Origin: Candidatus Kaiserbacteria bacterium RIFCSPHIGHO2_01_FULL_53_29
GTDB taxonomy: Bacteria; Patescibacteriota; Minisyncoccia; Phycocordibacterales; UBA2100
Direction of reading: 5' to 3'
Assembly (NCBI GenBank): GCA_001781125.1
Contig: MFKT01000021.1
Location: forward strand, 5,178 to 69,177
DNA: 64,000 nt
Part shown: piece by piece, positions 17,822 through 25,898 of the stretch
Numbering within the stretch: position 1 is the first letter of the stretch
Layout: each line of letters begins with the position of its first letter
Notes under the pieces: generated by a model
Databases searched by the model: none
The model's input: only the letters and a program-made list of their open reading frames with translations
What the model was told of the DNA's origin: nothing
Program-made: the position numbers and the translations under genes

Positions 17822-19324
17822 ATGCAGCGCGGTTTCTCAACGCTCGAATTGTTGATAGCGATGGCGCTCATGGTTGTGACGCTCTCGGCCGTTATCGAGG
17901 TTTCGTTCGGCAATCAAGATATGCTCGTAAGTGGTGAAATGAATGCCGAGGCGCTGCGTATGGCCCAGACATTGCTGGAAGAGGAACAGCAACTCGCACG
18001 CAAAGATTTTAAGCTCGTGAACCCGATTGCGGTGACTACGAACGGCCCCTACGACACGTCAGTTACAGTCGAGCCATGGCCGGGAGATCCGTACACAACA
18101 AAGCGCGTGACCGCACATGTGAATTGGAGCGACGCACGTCATGTCACCAGAGGCGTCGCGCTCACCACACTCGTTAGCAATTTTGTGAGTGCCTCCGGCG
18201 CAGACACGTGCATCTCGGCGCTTACCGGAGACTGGAGCGCGCCGCAAAAGACCGACTACCAACTTGCTTCCGGTAGTCTTCTTCCCTCCGGTTTCCTTGG
18301 AAACTACCCGTTATCCGACATCGATGCGTCTCGGGGCACATTATATGTGGCGGTCGCAAGCACGAGTGCCGCCGCCCGTGCCAACTTTTTCGTGTTCGAT
18401 GTGAATCCAAGCGGAATGCCGGTCTATGTGAACAGCACAGACAATAACCCATCGAGTATCGACGGCATCAATGCGGTTCAGATCGCAGGTATCCAAGCCT
18501 TTGTCGCGAACGCTCACGATGCAAACTTCAAGACGTGTAAACCGGGAGCAAACTGTTCGCAACTCCAGATATTCAATCTCAATACGTTGTCGACACCCCC
18601 CGTGAATTTCTTGATACCCACCTCAACGCCACCGTTCGTACTCGGAAATATGACGAGCAACAATCAGGCAGTGGGCAAGAGCCTCTTTTACAAAGATGGC
18701 TACGTGTATCTTGGGCTCACGAAAACCGCAAGCGGTCCGGAATTCAATATCATCGATGTGCACGATCCTGCAACTCCGGCGTGGGTCGGGAGTTTCTCAG
18801 TCGGCGCGAGTATCAATGCGATCTACGTGAGAAATAATTACGCGTATCTTGCGACAGACGACAGCAGCAGGGAATTGATAATTCTCGATGTCGGAAATCC
18901 CGCGAGTCCGATTTTGGCACTCGGCACGGTTATTAATCCCGGGGGGTTAGGATTTGGCAGGAGTTTGTATGGAGTGGGCGACACGTTGTATCTCGGACGG
19001 ACATTCGCAAACGGGGCTAAGGAATTGTACCTTTTGGATGTTGCAGACCCGAGCACGAATATGTCGGCGCCGCTTGGATCGCTTGTGATCGGAAGCAGTG
19101 TCAACGCACTGGTCGTACGCGACTATCTTGCGTTTCTTGTGACCTCGACCACCAAACGGATCCACATACTCAATATTTCAAATCCGGCAAGCATCACCCC
19201 ATTTGCTCCGGCGCTATCGCTTCCGGGCACAGGTGCCACGCTTGATTGCGAGCAGAATGTTCTCTATGCGGGCTCAAACGGCACGGGCACGGGCTTTCTA
19301 TCAGTCATCACGTCTGGGCCATGA
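17822..19324 (+). CDS. Pilin-like protein with LVIVD-type beta-propeller repeats (candidate tip adhesin)
   Basis: GFSTLELLIAM motif; repeated YAYLA..ELIILDV.NP.SP units. Confidence 0.8.
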   Translation: MQRGFSTLELLIAMALMVVTLSAVIEVSFGNQDMLVSGEMNAEALRMAQTLLEEEQQLARKDFKLVNPIAVTTNGPYDTSVTVEPWPGDPYTTKRVTAHVNWSDARHVTRGVALTTLVSNFVSASGADTCISALTGDWSAPQKTDYQLASGSLLPSGFLGNYPLSDIDASRGTLYVAVASTSAAARANFFVFDVNPSGMPVYVNSTDNNPSSIDGINAVQIAGIQAFVANAHDANFKTCKPGANCSQLQIFNLNTLSTPPVNFLIPTSTPPFVLGNMTSNNQAVGKSLFYKDGYVYLGLTKTASGPEFNIIDVHDPATPAWVGSFSVGASINAIYVRNNYAYLATDDSSRELIILDVGNPASPILALGTVINPGGLGFGRSLYGVGDTLYLGRTFANGAKELYLLDVADPSTNMSAPLGSLVIGSSVNALVVRDYLAFLVTSTTKRIHILNISNPASITPFAPALSLPGTGATLDCEQNVLYAGSNGTGTGFLSVITSGP

Positions 19325-19824
19325 AGCGACGAACGACAAGCTGCAAAGGATTCACCATGATAGAGACGCTCGTCTATCTTGCGCTTTACGCGATTATTAT
19401 GACCGGGTTACTTTCGGCAGTCTACAGTCTGATTGAATCGAGCGTGCATAACCAAACGGTCGCCATGGTGGAAGAGGAGGGAAATTTTCTCGCAGGAAAA
19501 ATAGAGTGGGCTCTTTCGAATGCGCGCGAGATTCTGGCGCCTTCCTCGAGTGGCTCGACGCTCTCCGTTACGACATTCGATGGCTCACCGATCACGATTG
19601 GCCTCACGGGTGGCGACATGCGGATACAAGAAGCATCGAATCCCGCACACATTCTGAACAACACAAATGTTTCAATAACCAATCTCTCGTTTACTCACGC
19701 CCGTGCTTCTTCCGACGGGATCAATCCCGAAAGTATTGAGTCTTCATTTACCATTTTTGCGACTACATCGAGCGGTCGTTTTTTATCCCGCGCGTTCTCG
19801 ACGCTTAAATATCTACGAAAATGA
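19321..19824 (+). CDS. Minor pilin
   Basis: GFTMIETLVYL motif; ATGA overlap with the upstream gene. Confidence 0.82.
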   Translation: MKRRTTSCKGFTMIETLVYLALYAIIMTGLLSAVYSLIESSVHNQTVAMVEEEGNFLAGKIEWALSNAREILAPSSSGSTLSVTTFDGSPITIGLTGGDMRIQEASNPAHILNNTNVSITNLSFTHARASSDGINPESIESSFTIFATTSSGRFLSRAFSTLKYLRK

Positions 19825-20294
19825 AACGCAACGCACGCGGAATGGAGAAGGAGAGGGGATTTGTGGCGCTTATCTCCACGCTGATTATTTCAGCCATCCT
19901 GCTCGGACTTGTGTTTACGGCTGGCGCGGCCAGTTTTTACGCGCGATTTGATTCGTTGGGCATAGAAAACAAGCGTGTGAGTTTGGGTTTGGCGGAGTCC
20001 TGCATTGAAATTGCGCTGCTCGCTCTTTCCACGTCAACCGCTCCCAGTGCATTGAGTCCAACGAACCAGATCGTTCCAGTCGGTATCGATCCACAGGGGA
20101 ACCCGACAACATGCGTCATCGAAAGCGTCACGCACGCGGGTGGAGTCGCGACGATCAAAGCGCACGCATCGTTCAGAGGCACTTTCAGCGCAGTCGTCGT
20201 AAGCGCAACTGTTGCAGATCCTACCGTTGCACCAGCGTCATTTCCCGCACCCCCGAACATTGATATCCAGTCTTGGACTGAAAAGCCGCAGTGA
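19821..20294 (+). CDS. PilX/GspK-like minor pilin
   Basis: ERGFVALISTLII prepilin motif lacking Glu5; LAESCIE.ALL.L. Confidence 0.75.
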   Translation: MKRNARGMEKERGFVALISTLIISAILLGLVFTAGAASFYARFDSLGIENKRVSLGLAESCIEIALLALSTSTAPSALSPTNQIVPVGIDPQGNPTTCVIESVTHAGGVATIKAHASFRGTFSAVVVSATVADPTVAPASFPAPPNIDIQSWTEKPQ

Positions 20295-20394
20295 ACCAGC
20301 TGCGCAGAAGCTTCATTTGAGATGTCTGCGGTTTTATCAGCTCGTGTGGAAGGGAGGATGCCTCCTGTCATAATATTATTTTATTAACACCCAT

Positions 20395-21051
20395 ATCCCT
20401 CAATCCTTGACGGCCGTCTATAATGGGGGGATATGGGAAAGCTTGAGAATGAAGCCCGGTATGAGCGCCGTAAGGGGTATCTTCAACAGGCACTTCTCGC
20501 TGCCGTTGCAATTCCGGGACTGCTGCTCGTAGCCACCGCAGCGCCCAATGTTTTACAGCTTATCGAAAGACTTCCCGGCAACAAATACAAATTCAACTAT
20601 CGAATGAAGTCGGTCGCTTCCCGCCTGGCGCAACGCAAGCTCGTACGCTTCGTCGAACGAAACGGCAGAAAATATATGGAGATCACGGAAGCGGGCAGAC
20701 AAGTGCTTGAAATGGAACAACAAAAACGAACATTCGAGAAGCGTTCGCGCAGGCGGTGGGATAAACGATGGCGCATGATCATCTTTGACATACCGGAGAA
20801 ATATCGAGCGACCAGGAGTCGACTGCGAGTCATGTTGAGATCACTCGGTTTCGTGCAGCTGCAAGGAAGCGTTTGGGTATATCCCCATGATTGTGAGGAA
20901 GTGATCGCGCTCTTGAAAAGTGAACTCCGCGTGGGAGCATCCGTGCTCTACACGATAGTAGAGAAAATCGAGAACGATGCTGCTCTCAAAGATCATTTTG
21001 GTCTTCGTTGAGTATCCCCTTATTATGAACGGCCGTCAAAAATCGGGGGAT
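20395..21051. mobile_element. Putative cassette: 38-bp inverted repeats bracketing the PaaX/Cas2-like gene
   Basis: 20395-20432 matches the reverse complement of 21014-21051 at 30/38 positions; both contain an ACGGCCGT core. Confidence 0.6.
20433..21011 (+). CDS. PaaX-like protein: winged-helix region plus Cas2/VapD-like domain
   Basis: RL..RKLV....ITEAG wHTH-like segment; WD.RWRMIIFDIPE..R..R..LR..L..LGF..LQ.SVWV motif. Confidence 0.8.
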   Translation: MGKLENEARYERRKGYLQQALLAAVAIPGLLLVATAAPNVLQLIERLPGNKYKFNYRMKSVASRLAQRKLVRFVERNGRKYMEITEAGRQVLEMEQQKRTFEKRSRRRWDKRWRMIIFDIPEKYRATRSRLRVMLRSLGFVQLQGSVWVYPHDCEEVIALLKSELRVGASVLYTIVEKIENDAALKDHFGLR

Positions 21052-21195
21052 GTTTTTTTATGAACCCGGAATAGTGGAAATGCCACGGCACTCTCAAGTT
21101 GTTCTTGAGATTCGAATTTCAACTAAGATGCTCCCGCGAGTTATGCACAGCCGGACGTTGCTGTTTATTCACGGAGATTTTATTATCACGCGAAT

Positions 21196-21684
21196 ATGGA
21201 ATCAATTAAAAAAGTATCGAAGACCTGCCTACCGGCAGGCAGGGGTTTTACATTAATAGAAATCTTAGTGGTCATCGGTATCATCGCCGTTTTGGCAGCA
21301 ATCGTTATTATCGCCATCAATCCGGCTCGCCAGTTCGCGCAGGCACGTAACACGCAGCGAACGAGCAATGTCAGCACGATCTTGAATGCGGTCGGTCAAA
21401 ATATTGCGGATAATAAAGGTGTCTTTACCTGCGCCAGCAACACACTTGCGCTTGGTACAACGGCAGTCCACATTGGCACGAGTGCAACTTTGGCAGATTT
21501 CTCCTGTCTCGTGCCGACATACATTCCTTCAGCCATCCCGACTGACCCCAATGGTGGAACTGCGGCCGACACAGACTACACGGTGGCGGTTGATGCCAAT
21601 GGCCGCTTTACGGTATGCGCTCCGAATTCGGTAACCGAACATGAGATATCGAATCCTGGGCCTACGATCTGTCTCACGCGCTAA
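21196..21684 (+). CDS. Type IV pilin (probable major pilin)
   Basis: GFTLIEILVVIGIIAVLAAIV..AINP, ARN.QR, LVPTYI...P.DP. Confidence 0.9.
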   Translation: MESIKKVSKTCLPAGRGFTLIEILVVIGIIAVLAAIVIIAINPARQFAQARNTQRTSNVSTILNAVGQNIADNKGVFTCASNTLALGTTAVHIGTSATLADFSCLVPTYIPSAIPTDPNGGTAADTDYTVAVDANGRFTVCAPNSVTEHEISNPGPTICLTR

Positions 21685-21697
21685 CTTCTTAAACAAT

Positions 21698-22462
21698 TCA
21701 TTTCGTTACAGCGCACGCGGCAAGGATGCTGTCGATAACGTCGGCTGTTTGATGGGGTCCGGCTACCTGGATCGTCTGAATACCGGTGGGAATCACAACG
21801 GCGTCGTTGCCGCCTGCCTCTAGATCGTCGCCCACGAAGAGCATGTCGTGAGGCTCCACCTTGAGTCGCTCCGCAAACCAGCGCACCCCATGTGCTTTGT
21901 CGATGCCCGTGCGGGTGATGTCTATTGCCGTCCTTCCGGAGATGCGAATATCGAAGCCGGGGAGTCTCGGTTCAAGGAAACGTTTTAGCTGCTCGCGCTT
22001 CGTGCGATCTGGATCCCACGCTGCCTTTTCAGTAGGCGATGCATCAATACCGAGCGCGGCAAACGTGACCTGAACGTCGCGGGCGAGGAACAATTCGCCC
22101 CAGCGCGGCGCGCCTTCGATAATGCGGGTTTCCGCGAGCGCATCGGTGAAAACGTTTATGATCTTGTCGAATTCTTTTTTGGTGAAATCATTCTTATACA
22201 CACTGCGCCACTCTCCTTCGTGGAAGAGGTAACATTGTGCCGCCGTATCGGGGAACAAGTAGAGGCGTCCTTTGTGTACGTCCTCGGGCAGCGAGGGGAG
22301 TAGGTGCTCTTCCATCCGCGAAAAAGAAGCACCCGACATAATGGCAACGGGCATGAGGTCCAAAAGTTGGTGAAGTCTGCTTGCCACATGCGGCTGGGGT
22401 GACTGGAAACTTTCGGCGAGTGTGTTGTCGAGATCAAAAATGACAGCGTGGGGGCATTTCAC
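21698..22462 (-). CDS. HAD-IIB hydrolase, phosphomannomutase-like; start at the element-derived GTG
   Basis: FDLDNTL, SG, GRTAIDIT..GIDKA, GDD...GGND motifs; aligns from residue 1 with the adjacent paralog. Confidence 0.85.
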   Translation of the reverse strand: MKCPHAVIFDLDNTLAESFQSPQPHVASRLHQLLDLMPVAIMSGASFSRMEEHLLPSLPEDVHKGRLYLFPDTAAQCYLFHEGEWRSVYKNDFTKKEFDKIINVFTDALAETRIIEGAPRWGELFLARDVQVTFAALGIDASPTEKAAWDPDRTKREQLKRFLEPRLPGFDIRISGRTAIDITRTGIDKAHGVRWFAERLKVEPHDMLFVGDDLEAGGNDAVVIPTGIQTIQVAGPHQTADVIDSILAACAVTK

Positions 22463-22573
22463 CCCGTTAGAAATAGGACGCGAACTATCAAGGTTGTCAC
22501 TTCGTTTGGTTATGCCCATAGCCTTATCTTCTCATCATATTCCGATTTCGCTCATCCGCGATTTCTAACGGGG
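22462..22573. mobile_element. MITE-like element family A inserted at a start codon
   Basis: CCCCGTTAGAAAT..ATTTCTAACGGGG, TTCA duplicated at 22458-22461 and 22574-22577. Confidence 0.85.
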
Positions 22574-22585
22574 TTCATACAATGT

Positions 22586-23347
22586 TTATTTTACCGCGCA
22601 CGCCGCGCAAAGCTCATCAATAATTTCAAGCGTCTCCTGCGGACCCGCGACCTGGCGTGTCTGTATACCTGTCGGTATTACGACTGCGTCGTTGCCCCCT
22701 TCATAAAGTGCGTCGCCGACGAAAAGCATTCCAGCAGGCTCGATGTTGAGCCGCTGTGCAAACCACTGCACGCCATATGCCTTGTTGATGCCTTTGCGCG
22801 TGATATTGATCATGATAGTTCCTCCGATGGAGACCTCGAAATCCGGGATGCGGTGGAGGAGCGCGTCGCGGAGTTTCGTGCGTTTTGTCAGGTCCGGATC
22901 CCACGACGCTTTCTCCAACGCGGATGCCTGGAATCCGATGGCTCCCCACACGACGCTCGCTTCCCGGTCAAGGATCTCGGGCCGTTGCACGGCGTCCTTT
23001 TCAATGACGCCCGTTTCGTCAACGGCTTTCCCTATCTCTTCGATGATAGAAGCGCGCTCCTGTACCGTGAGCTTGAAATCATATTCCAATTTCCATGCTT
23101 TTTCCTCTCGGACGTAACACCGCGCGGCGTTATTCGGCAGAATATACAGGTAGTTTGCGCGGGGGAGGTCGGCAAACGCGGAAAGAATATCACGTTCGAT
23201 ACGGTAAAAACTGCCCCCCGATATGATGGCGATGGGAATGAGCTCGAGAAGCCTCTTGAGCCTCTCCAACACCTCCGGTTTCGGCGGTTCTAAGCTTTCA
23301 TTCAGTGTGTCGTCGAGGTCAAACATCACTGTTTTCGGACAGTTCAT
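22586..23347 (-). CDS. HAD-IIB hydrolase, phosphomannomutase-like (tandem paralog)
   Basis: FDLDDTL, ISGG, GINKAYG, GDALYEGGND. Confidence 0.88.
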   Translation of the reverse strand: MNCPKTVMFDLDDTLNESLEPPKPEVLERLKRLLELIPIAIISGGSFYRIERDILSAFADLPRANYLYILPNNAARCYVREEKAWKLEYDFKLTVQERASIIEEIGKAVDETGVIEKDAVQRPEILDREASVVWGAIGFQASALEKASWDPDLTKRTKLRDALLHRIPDFEVSIGGTIMINITRKGINKAYGVQWFAQRLNIEPAGMLFVGDALYEGGNDAVVIPTGIQTRQVAGPQETLEIIDELCAACAVK

Positions 23348-23387
23348 GGGGAAAGCCTATCACGGCACATGGTAAAATTATATCGAC

Positions 23388-24590
23388 GTGAAAACCCGCA
23401 TACTCATGTTCGGATGGGAATTTCCGCCCTACAACAGCGGCGGACTTGGTGTTGCATGCCTCGGGCTCACCAAAGCGCTCTCGGAGCTTGGCGTGGAGGT
23501 GATTTTTGTGATGCCCAAAAAATTGGACATCAAAACTCCGTGGGCGCGCATCGTCTTTGCAGACGATGCGCGTATCGATGTGCGCGCTGTTAATTCGATG
23601 CTCAAGCCGTACGTCACGAGCCGGTCATATACACGGGACGGGGGCATTTACGCGGATGATCTCTTGGGTGAAGTACGTCGGTATGCTGCGCTTGGCGGCG
23701 CGATTGCGCGCGAGGAACAGTTCGATGTCATCTATGCCCACGACTGGCTCTCATTTGGCGCGGGTATCGAGGCGAAGCGTGCTACGGGAAAGCCCCTTAT
23801 CGTGCATGTGCATGCGACCGAATTCGATCGCTGCGGCGGTCCATCGGGTATCAACAGAGAAGTCTATGAGATCGAGAAAGAGGGGATGGAACAGGCTGAT
23901 GTGGTAATCGCAGTTTCCGAACTCACCAAAAACATCATCGTTCGCGAGTACGGGATTCGTCCCGAAAAAGTGCGCGTCGTCTACAATGGTATTGACGAAG
24001 GGACGGCACCATCGAGCGGCGGCTCGCTGCCCCGTTTGCGTAGCTTGAAAGCATCCGGGTATCGGCTGGTACTCTTTCTTGGCCGTGTGACGCTTCAAAA
24101 AGGTCCGGATCATTTTCTTCGCGCGGCCAAACGCGTCCTCGATCGCAATCCGCACGTCCTCTTTATCCTTTCAGGAGCGGGTGACATGGACGATCAGGTG
24201 ATGCGCCTTGCAGCTGAGCTCGGCATCGGGGGCCACGTATTTTTCACCGGATTTTTGCACGGAGCGGATCGGCACGAAGTGTATAAGGCGGCGGATCTCT
24301 TCGTCATGCCCTCCGTTTCCGAACCTTTTGGCATCACAGCGCTCGAAGCGATGAAGCTCGGCACGCCAGTACTGATCTCGAAACAATCGGGTGTTGCCGA
24401 GGTCGTGAAGCACGCGCTCAAGGTCGACTTCTGGGATGTCGATGAAATGGCCAATAAGATACTATCGGTCGTCGGGTACCCAGGGCTTCGACAGGCGTTG
24501 GCAGAAAATGCCGCGCGGGAGGCAGAATATCTCACATGGGCGCAGGCTGCGCAGAAAGTGAATGGCATTGTCCACGAACTTGTACAATAG
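23388..24590 (+). CDS. GT4 glycosyltransferase (glucan/glycogen-synthase-like)
   Basis: GWEFPP..SGGLG, HDW, HVHATE, EPFGITALEA. Confidence 0.9.
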   Translation: MKTRILMFGWEFPPYNSGGLGVACLGLTKALSELGVEVIFVMPKKLDIKTPWARIVFADDARIDVRAVNSMLKPYVTSRSYTRDGGIYADDLLGEVRRYAALGGAIAREEQFDVIYAHDWLSFGAGIEAKRATGKPLIVHVHATEFDRCGGPSGINREVYEIEKEGMEQADVVIAVSELTKNIIVREYGIRPEKVRVVYNGIDEGTAPSSGGSLPRLRSLKASGYRLVLFLGRVTLQKGPDHFLRAAKRVLDRNPHVLFILSGAGDMDDQVMRLAAELGIGGHVFFTGFLHGADRHEVYKAADLFVMPSVSEPFGITALEAMKLGTPVLISKQSGVAEVVKHALKVDFWDVDEMANKILSVVGYPGLRQALAENAAREAEYLTWAQAAQKVNGIVHELVQ

Positions 24591-24701
24591 AGGCCCGAAG
24601 TATCGTTTTTCTAGGTTACAATACGCTGTAATGAGAGCCGAAACCCGGTCCGATTTTAAGATTGAAATCCACTACGTACTACGAACTACGTACCACAAAC
24701 T

Positions 24702-25895
24702 ATGAAAAGCGTTTGCTTCTATTTTCAGGTGCATCAACCGTATCGCGTGAAGCGGTATCGCATTTTCGACGTGGGGAATGACGCAGAATATTTCAATGAT
24801 CGGGGAGAGAGCAATCTGAATAACCGGAAGATCATCGAGAAGGTGGCTCGAAAATCTTATATTCCGACGACACAGCTCCTGCTCGAGCTTTTGCGGCGGC
24901 ACCCCGAGATGCGCATCAGCTTTTCGTTCTCCGGCGTTGCACTCGAGCAGCTTGAGCGGCATGCGCCGGAAGTCATAGAACTTTTCAAACAGATCATAGA
25001 CACGGGACGGGCGGAAGTCTTGGGAGAGACCTATTACCACACGCTCGCGTTTTTTTATTCACCCGCGGAATTCGAGAGTCAGGTGACGAAACATCGGGAC
25101 ATCATACGGCGTTTGTTCGGAGCGCGTCCACGCGTATTCCGCAATACCGAACTCTCATATCGCAATGATCTGGGGGAGTGGGCCGATCGTGCCGGTTATA
25201 CAGGAGTGATCGCAGAAGGATGGGATCCCATTTTGGGCTGGCGTAGTCCCAATTATGTCTACAAACCGAAAGGTGCCGCCAACGCAAGATTACTTCTCAA
25301 GAATTATCGCCTGTCCGACGACGTCGCATTTCGATTCTCTTCGCGCGATTGGTCCGAGTGGCCTTTGACCTCGGAAAAATTCGCAGCTTGGATCGGGAGC
25401 GCCGAGGGCGACACTGTGAATCTTTTTATGGATTACGAGACATTTGGCGAGCATCAATGGGAGGAGACCGGTATTTTCAACTTTTTGGAAAAGTTGCCGG
25501 AGGAGTTGGCAAAAAACCCGGGTCTGGATTTCAAAACGCCATCGGAGGTGATCGCTACCTATGAGCCACGCGACGAAGTCGACATGCCGCATATCGTCAC
25601 CTGGGCCGACACCGACCGCGACTTGACCGCATGGACGGGGAATCCTATGCAAAAAGCCGCGATCGAGAATATCTACGCGCTCGAAAATGACGTACATCTC
25701 GCGAATGATGCAAAACTGCTCGAAGATTGGCGAAAACTCCAGACTTCCGACCACTTCTACTATATGTGTACCAAGTGGTTCGCCGACGGCGATGTACACG
25801 CCTACTTCTCGCCCTACGAATCACCCTACGATGCCTACATTGCCTACATGAACGCACTCTCGGATCTGCGCCTGCGCGTTGGCAAGCGGCGCTAA
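24702..25895 (+). CDS. GH57 alpha-amylase family protein
   Basis: FQVHQP, ETYYH, FRNTEL, DYETFGEH, QTSDHFYYM. Confidence 0.93.
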   Translation: MKSVCFYFQVHQPYRVKRYRIFDVGNDAEYFNDRGESNLNNRKIIEKVARKSYIPTTQLLLELLRRHPEMRISFSFSGVALEQLERHAPEVIELFKQIIDTGRAEVLGETYYHTLAFFYSPAEFESQVTKHRDIIRRLFGARPRVFRNTELSYRNDLGEWADRAGYTGVIAEGWDPILGWRSPNYVYKPKGAANARLLLKNYRLSDDVAFRFSSRDWSEWPLTSEKFAAWIGSAEGDTVNLFMDYETFGEHQWEETGIFNFLEKLPEELAKNPGLDFKTPSEVIATYEPRDEVDMPHIVTWADTDRDLTAWTGNPMQKAAIENIYALENDVHLANDAKLLEDWRKLQTSDHFYYMCTKWFADGDVHAYFSPYESPYDAYIAYMNALSDLRLRVGKRR

Positions 25896-25898
25896 TCT

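Noticed and set aside
20433-21011. CRISPR-Cas system suggested by the Cas2-like motif
   Set aside because: No repeat-spacer array, cas1 or effector in the window; the protein also has a wHTH-like part, fitting PaaX-like proteins.
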